Shown in pieces: positions 14,128 to 23,433 of a DNA stretch of 64,000 nucleotides; the first letter of the stretch is position 1, and the number at the start of each line of letters is the position of its first letter. The DNA is from Guillardia theta CCMP2712. Its lineage: Eukaryota > Protista > Cryptophyta. The stretch lies in contig NW_005434639.1 of the NCBI RefSeq assembly GCF_000315625.1, forward strand, positions 319,511-383,510, read 5' to 3'. Both the position numbers and the translations under genes were made by a program. Below the pieces are notes generated by a model. The model worked only from the letters and a program-made list of their open reading frames with translations, was not told where the DNA came from and ran no database searches.

Positions 14128-14660
14128 ATGGAGGGTACCACACGGATATTGGTTCGAGAGAAGGAGGGGTGGACTTCGGACCGGAGATTGAGACAGAGGA
14201 GCTATGCTCAAGAGCACAATGGGAGCAAGATGAGGATGCGGAGGAGGAGGAGGATGCGGAGGACGAGGACGAGGACGAGGACGATGATGATTAGACTCTA
14301 GAGAATCGAGAGCGATGGAAGGAGGTCCATCAGCTGGAGCAGGAACAGTTAGGACGATGTAGATTGTGCGTTTGACCGATACACCCCTGCTGGATTTCGA
14401 GTGGTGTGAATGATCCCTGTTGAGAAGTATCGAAGATCTCTGAAGTACAAGATGGACGAGTTTGTTACTGAAGAGACGCCCATACTTCGTCTCATGGATA
14501 GTGTACGCTCTGCTTGCGAATTCAAAACCTGAATTGTGCTTTTGTATCTTCTGAATCGCTTGCAGGGCAGGTTCGTAAAGGCGACCAGGTCCGAAAGGAA
14601 GGCATCGAAATCCCAGAGAAGATTTTCTGAGACGGCCTCATCCGGAATCGTCCAATGAAT
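14128..14660 (+). CDS. Possible small spliced hypothetical protein
   Basis: Exon-like segments TLENRERWKEVHQLEQEQLGR and YRRSLKYKMDEFVTEETPILRLMDS. Splice phases could not be fully resolved. Confidence 0.3.
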
Positions 14661-14782
14661 CGGTCGTGAATGCGATCGGAAGGCCGGTGAATTGGATCCT
14701 ACTGTGACTTAAACATCCTTGTTGGTGGCTTCATCGTCCACTTCCTCTCGTTTCCCCAACACTCTCAGTAACGCAGAAAAGA

Positions 14783-16645
14783 ATGTCGAGACCGCAAACT
14801 TTCGCGATCGTTCTCGCGGCTTGTTGCTTGCTGCACTGCCACCAAACCGTTCAGGCTACGAATTCCACAAACTCGACCAACGCGACGTGAGTAGTAGTCG
14901 CCTCTGTCATACTCGACTGACCGTGCCTCGTGTAGAGTCACTCTAGATGTGAAGCCGACAGCAGTCGCTACCTTGCAGATCAACGGCACAAAGTGATAGG
15001 CTTGCCAGTGCGGCAGTCGTGCTGATTTCACACTCAGGTTCACCTGCACCATTCAACCAGGGACGTTCCTAGGGTTGACTGTAGTCAGCTTGACGGCAGT
15101 CACGTACAACACCACCGCGCTTCCCTTCCTCGTGCAGTCGTTCACATACAGTGGCTCCAGTCGAATTCTAGAGCTCGAATACGGAGCCGCAGCTCTCAAG
15201 GCCATCACCGTGAAGCTTCAGATCGAGAGTCCGACGACGGCGGCAAGCAGGAGGCAGAGCACAGTGTTCGAGCCGAGGGTCTTCTGGTTAAACAAGAAGA
15301 CTGTACAATGGGTATGACATAAATGATGATCTTGTTCTTTCATTGTGAAGCTGTTTCTGTTGCTCGTCTACAGAATGTGTTGTGCTCCAGCGTGCGAAAT
15401 CAAACAGAGAACACAGTCTCAGCTTCGATTCCTACCGACGTGCTCAATGGCGATGCTTTCAATCCTTATAGGTGCGGTTAGCGTACATGTGATTTCCATA
15501 TTCTCATCGCTTTGTCTTTTGAGCAGCGACTGCGCATCTGCCGTCACTTCTGCAGGATATTGTGGTGATTTCTCTCCACGTCTTGAGCTGCCGTTCTCGT
15601 ACTGATCCCTCCCATAGGAACAGGAGGATTGCTCATGATTCTCTCTGCTCCTCCTTCCATCTGGTTGTGCTTCTACTGGCTCCTCCTTCCAATTCATCTG
15701 ACCTGTTGAGATCCTCTGCAGCCTCAACATCACAACAACTCCTCCAGCTCCTGGTCAGTCCATTCCTGCCTGGCAGATCGTAGCCATCGTCCTGAGCTGT
15801 GTCGCTGCTGGTCTTGCACTTTCCTCTCCTCTCTCCGTCTCACACCCCCTCAGCTCTCTTCCTTGGTCTCGCTATCTTGTACTTCAAACGCACCTTGCCC
15901 GCTGTCAAGTCGGTAGACGAGGAGACAGCAGTCACATGGACGGCCAACGAAGTGGGTCTAGGCATAGGACTACAGCAGCAGGCAAAAGGCAGTCGCAGAC
16001 TCCTGTCTTTGCTGATCTTTTCGCAGGATGGATACGCCATAGTCGATGAGATTCTTCCTGGATTTGGAGCGTCGGTCTCGGGACAAGTTCAAATCGGAGA
16101 CGTAAGACCATCGCCTTTCCTTTCCCTCAGCATCTTTCCACCTCCTCCTCCCCGACGTCACTCAACCGTCGCAGGTCATCCGAAGTATCGACGGCATCAG
16201 CATCGTTGGCAGGGATCTTGAGACGATCCGACGCCTCACGCTGGGCCCAGAGGTAGAGCGGATGGAGAAGGGAGAGGACGCGCAGAGATGTGTGATGAAT
16301 GCGAGAGCTGAGATGAAGATAGAGAGTCCTAAGAGTCATTCAGGGAAGCAGGAAACATGATGCGGAAACATTGATGAGAGTGTCTCGCAGGGGAGCATCT
16401 GTAACCTACTCATCTACCGAGGAGGCATGAATGTCGTTGCTCTAGTGAGAAGGATCGGAGCCCAACTTGACACGGTCAGTCCTCATGCTCCTGCTTGACC
16501 CCCCCTGATCCTTTCCCAGCTTAACTCCACCAAGGAAGCACCAGTGGAGTTGCCTGGGAGTATCCGAGGGTCGAAGAACTCCGCCATGATGTACCCGATG
16601 CCACTTCAGAATCCTTCCCGCCCTTACTCGTACACTCAACCCTGA
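14783..16645 (+). CDS. Type I membrane protein: signal peptide, ZU5-like ectodomain, TM, cytoplasmic PDZ domain
   Basis: MSRPQTFAIVLAACCLLHCHQTVQA; TIQPGTF..ILELEYGAAALKAITVKL..VFWLNKKTVQW; TM WQIVAIVLSCVAAALFLGLAILYF; PDZ VGLGIGL..AIVDEILPGFGASVSGQVQIGDVIRSIDG..IRRLTLGPEGSICNLLIYR; stop 16643-16645. Confidence 0.8.
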
Positions 16646-16808
16646 GGAGATCAGAAAGCTCATTGTCAACTTGCTTGCTGAGTGAAACTTTAAACTTTAA
16701 GATTGAACTTAAATTTGTTTGTCCCTGGAACGTCCTCGCCCTCGCCCTCGCCCTCGCCCTCGTCATCATCCTATAAACTTCTTCGCTCCTCACCTTTCTC
16801 CCTCTCTC

Positions 16809-18415
16809 CTACACGAGTATCTTGGCTGTTATCTTTAGCTCCTTCCTTCGCTTGGAGAACCTGCGCCAGGAGGTCACGAGGAGGAGAAGAATCAGCTGAC
16901 TTGCCTTGCCCGCACGTCCTCAGAATCGACGGGAAGTGGCAGCGGCTTCTGCAGAATCTTGCGGTGATTCTGCGTTAAGATGATCTCTTTCCCTGCCATC
17001 TACCTTGGGTGTCAGCAGGAATAGAGGAGGAGGAGGCGCCCTCAAGGGCGAGGAGGAGGGACCTGAAGGTCGAGATGCTGCATGGATGTATCCTCATTGA
17101 ATCGAATGACAATGATGAGAACTTGTTCTCCTCCCTCCAGCACTTCATGCTGGAATTCGTAGTCGACAATGCTGTCCACGTTTGCCACCTCCTCCACCTC
17201 CTCCACCCCGACTTCCTCACTCCCTTCGGTTCCTCCGTCCACAATCTCCTTGTCCTTCCCCCCAGTCTCCTGTTCTTCCTCTTCCTTCCCGCTCTCTTCG
17301 TTGGACTTGTTCAGTTCAGTCTCTCCACCTTGCCTTTGACTTCCGCCACCATCCTGCCCCTTTGCTCCCAAACAGTGCCCAGACTCAGCCTCTTCTCCCT
17401 CCCTATCCTCCTCATTCCGCTCCTCCCTGTCATCTGATCGTTCCCGACCCTGTATCACGTAGAAACAGTAGTTCCCACTGAACCAGCTCCCCTCCTTCCC
17501 CGCCTCTCCCACGAAGGTGCTCCCAGAGTGGTACGGGTTGAGCTGGGGCACAGCAACGATCCTGGACTTGATCATCTCCTCATGCACTCGCATCTCTCCC
17601 ACCACGTCGATGTAGTCGTTGGCGCAAGTGAAGGCTGCTTTCATGCCGCTCTCGCTCACTCGCAGCAGGTCAGGGTACCAGCTCTTGAGCAGCTGCATGT
17701 CCCCCGTCTCCACGAAGCTCCCGAACCCGCCGTTGAAGGTGAAGAACATGCTGTTGGCGCTGTCGAGCTCGGGATGCTGACTTAGAAACTTGCTGGCGCA
17801 GGGAGGCTGCAAGCGAAGAAGCTCGACCGTGAAGTTTGACGGCATGTCGACCCTCCTCTTGATCTCTTGAGGCGACTTGGTCGAAGAGATCTCGGGACCG
17901 ATGAGGAACAAGTGCAGATCGTGATGGGGAAAGAGATAGGCGACCTCCTGCCAGTACTTGGTGTCCCACAGGATCCTTTCTTCTGCCTTCTTCGATGCTC
18001 CCAGCACTATCAGATTCAGCTTCTTTCTCCCCGTCGCCTCTCCCAACCCGGTTTCGTTGTCTCCTGCATTCCTTCCCCGCGTTCCGTCACGCTTGCACTG
18101 GTGGTCGTCTCCCGCCTCCTCCTCCTCCTCCTCCTCCTCTAGCTCTCGCCTGCACCCCCCAAACTTCTGTAGGACATACGCCATCGTCACCGGGAAGGTA
18201 AGGCCGTCAAGGAGGGACGAATCTGACTTGGCGATGGTGGTGAGACTGCCCGACGGGTCTCTGGTCTCTAAGAACCTCCCCCAGCCTTTCATAGTCTCCA
18301 CCTTCAGTGGCGGCTTCGGAAAGGGAGGAAGGGGAGGAAGAACCTTAGCAGATGTCCAGCGGAAGGTTCCACTCATAAGGCCGTCGCCAAAGGAGTCGTC
18401 AAGCAGACCGGACAT
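16809..18415 (-). CDS. MSS51/ZMYND15 C-terminal-like domain protein with C-terminal PIH1-type CS domain
   Basis: GLTFPVT, LNLIVLGAS..AE, LFP..LHLFLIGPEI, FNGGFG, SW..L, NPY. Spliced C-terminus KPLPLPVDSEDVRARFSKRRKELKITAKILV* uses a GC-AG intron at 16861-16904. Confidence 0.65.
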
Positions 18416-18600
18416 CGCGAGTGCTCAGAGCAGGACCGATAGAGAGCCCTCCTGCAACCTCTTCTCAGCTTCTTCTCTTCATGTCGTCAGTCGCCATCTC
18501 ATATCGGCAATCAGACATGTGCTGCCGTCAGCTACATGCTACTCTTCCTTCGCTGCTTCTTTCTGCCCTGCCATATCCCAATCCTTGTCCGGCGACGTGG

Positions 18601-18641
18601 ACCCCACCCCCATGTATTCAAGGGATTCTTCGGGGTGGGGT
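18601..18641. promoter_or_regulatory. Inverted GT-box pair ACCCCACCCC-N21-GGGGTGGGGT between divergent genes
   Basis: Perfect 10-bp inverted repeat between the MSS51-like gene (-) and the carrier gene (+). Confidence 0.55.
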
Positions 18642-19055
18642 AGGTATTGGTTTGTTTGTTTTTACTTTTACAGCAGGTCTTTTTTTTGAAGGCGGCCGGA
18701 GTGAAGCATGTCGGGGAACAAGTTTGACGACAAACGAGGAGGAGGAGGGGCAGGCGAGAGAGGAGCAGACCATGGCAGCTGCAGAGAGGAAGCAGGACAG
18801 AAGTGATAGATCCCAGACGCCCTTGAAGTATGATTTGAAAGAAGCAGGGATAAGACGTGGGGCGGATATCATCAGCGTTTGTTGGGACAACTTTGCTATA
18901 CTTGATTGGTGTTGTTCCTCCAAGGGACGGATGAAGCGAAAGAAGTCTCAATCTTCTCATTGATTTATTATTTGTGTCTGTGGCAAGATCATACTTGACA
19001 AGAAAGTCTCCTAAGAGTTGTCCGCGGATTCAAAAGAAAATCCAACTTGAATCAA

Positions 19056-20429
19056 ATGGCACCTCAGTCCCCGTCTGGACAAGTTGTCTCTTCTTCCACA
19101 AGTTTGATGGGAGGCTGCATCTCGGGTGTCATAACAACTATTGCCACACAACCACTGGATGTAATCCGGACAGAGATGCAGAAAGCTCCATCGAAGCAGG
19201 GGTTGAACACTTGGGCCGCATGTAAAAACATTGTGCACCAACATGGATGGAAAGGTTTATGGAATGGGATGGTTCCTTCAGGTGATGTGAGACTGTGTGC
19301 GACTTCTTGCTTTTCCTCTCGTTTCGTTCTCACACGCATGTGATAACTTCGCAGTTCTACGAGTTGGTACTGGAATGGGGATTTACTTCTTCTGCCTCAA
19401 CCATCTTCACGTTCCTGTTGTGTTGGAATCCAATAAGGGCATGCTGCAGCAACCGCAGCAGCAAAGCTCTCTCACGGTCTGTATCTCCTTGGATACCTCT
19501 CTGTGCTCTCAAGGTCATGCCTGCTTTAGATCTTCTCTGTTGGGTTTTTCGCTCGAGGGTTGGCAGCAGCAGCCGTCATGCCGTTCACGGTCGTCAAGAC
19601 GCGGTAAGACTCGGATGTCCTCCCCTGAGCTAGTGCAGAGGAGAAGCTGATGAAGGCAAACAGTTTCGAAGCAGGAGACCGATGGTATGGCAACGGAATC
19701 ATCCAGACTTTGAGAGGGATCGCGCGAGCCGAGCACCCGACCGCCCTCTTCCGCGGCTTCCTTCCGACCATCTTACGAGACTCTCCGTTCTCAGGTTCTT
19801 GGTTAGCACAGAGAGAGCCAGTCGTTCGTAAGAGTCTGCAGGCGTTTACCTCCTTCTCTACTCCAAGTCGAAAGCCGCAATAGAACCTCTCGATGTTGCA
19901 ACCATGATCCCCCGCCCTCTCTTGAATTTCTGCATTGGCGCTTTTTCGGGTGAGTCGATGCGTTTTTCTTGCTTTCTCCTCCAAATATTTCCATCTGTCG
20001 CTCACCTTGCCTGCAGGAGTTTTTGCTACGATCTTGACCAATCCTCCTGATGTCGTTCGGACTAGAATGCAGCTGCGAAACGTGGAAGGGTGAGGAGAAG
20101 AGGAGTTGATTGGCCTCACTCAAAGTTTGGGCAGGGGAGGTGGGATGAGCGTCATGCATGTCGTTCGTTCCATGTACAAGAACGAGGTTGGTTACACTCT
20201 CCTTGCTTCCACTCTTGGTCATTCATGACACGTAGGGGATTGGAGCTTTCTTTCACCTCGGGGTCCTTCCCCGCGTTGTGAAGCGCAGCGTGCAGGTGCG
20301 ACAAGGCAGACTGTAACGAGACGGATTGTTGTAACACGAGCATGCTAGGCGGCTCTCACCTGGACTCTCTACCATGAGTTCGTGGCAATGAGGTTGTTCA
20401 GATCCTCAGGGAAGCACCGTCCTGCATGA
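19056..20429 (+). CDS. Mitochondrial carrier, SLC25A38/Hem25-like (glycine carrier) subfamily
   Basis: Three PxDxxK/R-type repeats: QPLDVIRTEMQ, MPFTVVKTRFE, NPPDVVRTRMQ. RDSPFSGVY and GMGIYF resemble SLC25A38. Start uncertain. Confidence 0.85.
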
Positions 20430-20675
20430 AGTGGTGGTGGGTTGAAAGCAAACTGAAGGATCGTTTAAAATGATTTCATTACTTCGAGGAAAATTAGTGA
20501 TGAGTGATTGGAGATGCACGAAATAACAAAACCATTCTAATCTGCATACTACAACAGTCATTCATTTAGGGATATTACACATTTTTCACAAAATTCTGCA
20601 GTAGTACTGTACAACCAAAACATCGAGGAAAACTTCTACAACAGGACAACTCGACCAGAAAATGAGGCATTGATG

Positions 20676-20846
20676 TCACTTGTCCGAGACTAGGTTACCT
20701 TCGTCGACCGGGTCGGGACAGAAGGAAGAAGAAAGTGCTCTGAGGCAGGTGGACTCGCAGTTGAGATCGTCAATATCAAGCTCACGAAGTGCGTTAGGAA
20801 CCTCAGGAGTAGTCTGATCCTTGGTTGGCTGAGTTACGACGGTCAT
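20676..20846 (-). CDS. Small acidic hypothetical protein (56 aa)
   Basis: ATG at 20846 opens MTVVTQPTKDQTTPEVPNALRELDIDDLNCESTCLRALSSSFCPDPVDEGNLVSDK*. Lies downstream of a motif array. Confidence 0.4.
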   Translation of the reverse strand: MTVVTQPTKDQTTPEVPNALRELDIDDLNCESTCLRALSSSFCPDPVDEGNLVSDK

Positions 20847-21139
20847 GATAAACACTTGAGAAAGTACAGAATCAAACTTGGCGAAAGGTGATACTCGTTT
20901 AACGGACTCGTAATCAAAAGGCTGAGACGGACTATGGAAGCAAGTCAAGCACCACAAACGAACGAATCGATAGTTGAAGTGGCTGGAGCAAGACAAAGAG
21001 CTGGAAGCAGCTGACGGGAACAGCGAAGAGAGCGCGGTGAAAGCAGTTGGCTCTGCGAAGGAGCAGTAGGTGGTCGGGCGGGATTATGAGGAGGGAGGTT
21101 GTGACGCAGGGAACCAAATAGAGTTTGCTGTCCAACGGT

Positions 21140-22335
21140 GAGGGACCCCCCGACCCCTCCCACACCCTACCCAACTTCTCACTACCCCTTATTTGTCACA
21201 CCCCACCCTCCATGTCACAGTATTTCTCTGAAGTCCATGCATCTATACCCCTACTTCTGTATCTTATGACCCCACCGTTTTCCCTTCCAGCGTTTAGACG
21301 ATCTTCTACCTTACCCCTAATCTTTATGACCCCTTGCTTTCCGCCCCCCGGCTGCTGTGACGAAGGGACAGCATCCCAAGGGTAGGGTACCAGAATAATG
21401 AGGGGTCGGGACCGGAAACAACGAAAATGCCTCGTAATTTTAGGGGTACAGGTGGTCATACTTTGTCAAAATACCGGGTATTTTAGGAAATTTTTGTACT
21501 ATGATGTAGGGGTGTAGAAGATACGCGAAAGCATAAGGGTAGGGGGTCCTGTGCGTTTGCGTTGCTGGAAGGGGTTATGTAGTAGGAGGTAGGGGGTAGG
21601 ATAGAGGCTTTGAGGAGGGGGTAGGGGGCTTAGATGCAGCCCCTCTTTATCAGCAGATTGAGACGAGTTTGATGTTGAAAGCTCAATGGGGGGGTGGGGG
21701 TGTACATCATGGGGTGGGTTGTAGAACAAGTCTGGCAAGCAGAATTGGTGGTACCACCCTAGAGCACGGGTGGGACTAGCGATTACGTGTAAGGGGTAGG
21801 GGTCCGGAGGTAGTTGCAGAGGGTCAGAAGGAGGAGGGTGATTTGGTTGCTTTGAGAGGGTGGGGGTTATAAAAGTAAGTTTATGAAGCGGACAGCGGGA
21901 GTGGATGGGTAGTCATTAGCATGCTTTACGAATTGTGTGGGTGGGGTACTAAAATCAAAGGTGAGTAGAAACTAAGGGGGACAGGGGTGGGTAGACCTTG
22001 GGATGGGTCTCAACTCTCTAGGGGCTCGACTTGTAAAGGGACGGGTACACAAGGCGTAGTGATAGAGATAGATGGGAGGGGTGGGGTGATCAGCATTCGT
22101 AAGTGCATTGTGGGGGTGTGGGGGTGGAGGTATTTTTTTTTGGGACGGCCGTGGCGATTCCACCGGACCGATTTCAAAGGGGTGGGTACAAGCTTCGAGT
22201 TTGGGGGGTAGGGGTTAATGAAGACGCATCTGAGGATCACCAGTGACAGATGGAGGGGTGAAATGACCCTAGTTCCATGGGGTGGGGGTATTATGACCCT
22301 TTTTATTCATTTGGTATGATGGGGTAGTAGGGTTG
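21140..22335. promoter_or_regulatory. Long array of ACCCC/GGGGT motifs with a strand switch near 21370
   Basis: C-rich motifs at 21140-21350, then many GGGGT/GGGTGGGG/GGGGTAGGGG motifs to 22330, separated by non-repetitive spacers. Confidence 0.55.
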
Positions 22336-23433
22336 TTGCCGCATTAAGACATGATCTTTTAGTTAATAAGACATTCAGTACCTTTTTCAGTAGCAGAGCG
22401 ATCTATGACTAAAATATTCAATAAAGATTGAAATAATACGGCCAAACTTCGGAGAACTGACTCACAGTGAGTCTACTTCGGAAGTCCTGGCAGCGTGTCG
22501 GTGCTCGAGCAAGCAGTCAGCAGACGGCCAGGGGGTTTTCATCCCGATCGTAAGACACACTAGAGTGGTTAGATGAGCTCTAGTCACGAGCACGCGTGAT
22601 GTGTGTTGGTCTTGGGCGCACACATCAATGGCATCGATTCTTACTTGGGTCAGACATGTATTTTCTAAAAGCGACTGAACGAAGATGAGGTTTGCAAACA
22701 ATCCTTACCCCGGCGTCAACTGGAACTTGCTCCTATTGTTACGGAAGCTGTGCTCTGGGATTCCTAGCTGTATTGTATTGGGACTCCCTCCTCTTGCCCG
22801 GGACCATCCGGGGCTTGCAGGGTGTGAGTGTTCTCCAGGTACAACATGGCCGTGAGGAATTGTCGCCAAATATCAGAGTCGTTGAGAGTTGAATTGAAAG
22901 AGATTTTCTACGATACCCTCAAACGTCTTAGGAGGCGTTGACTGCTCGTGCTGGAACCAAAACGACTTGACTTTCGATCGGCCTATGCGATTGTGCCTCA
23001 TCGATAGATAGAAATGAGACTAGAAGCTCATGATGATGGAGGGTGTCAGAGGGTGTCAGAGCTGCTGAGGAGGCCGCATGTCATGGTGTCACACCCCGAA
23101 GCTTTACGGCTAGCACACCTCTACAGCGAACGCTCAAGGCTCCTCCGATGCTAGATCCACGTGGAGTACAACATGAGGAGAGAACAGACCCTTCTAGCTG
23201 CAGAGGCTGATCCTTATCTAGGCTAAGGGAAGGACTAGGGGAAGTGCTCCCTGATGCACCAGCACACTCGCCCCTCGCGAGCTCTCGCTTTCCCGGAGTA
23301 CTCCACATGTTAGTGGGAGTGTGTGTAGCATCAGAGAGGTATCAAGTTGTTTCACTAGCAGGTAGATCAACGACACTTGTCCCTCGTGTCGTTATCAAAC
23401 TGTCAGAGTTCTCGCTGTTCTCAACCTCTCGCA

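Noticed and set aside
21140-22335. CRISPR-like or telomeric array (repeat plus unique spacers)
   Set aside because: Motifs are only 5-10 bp, degenerate and irregularly spaced; there are no cas genes and no exact telomere unit.
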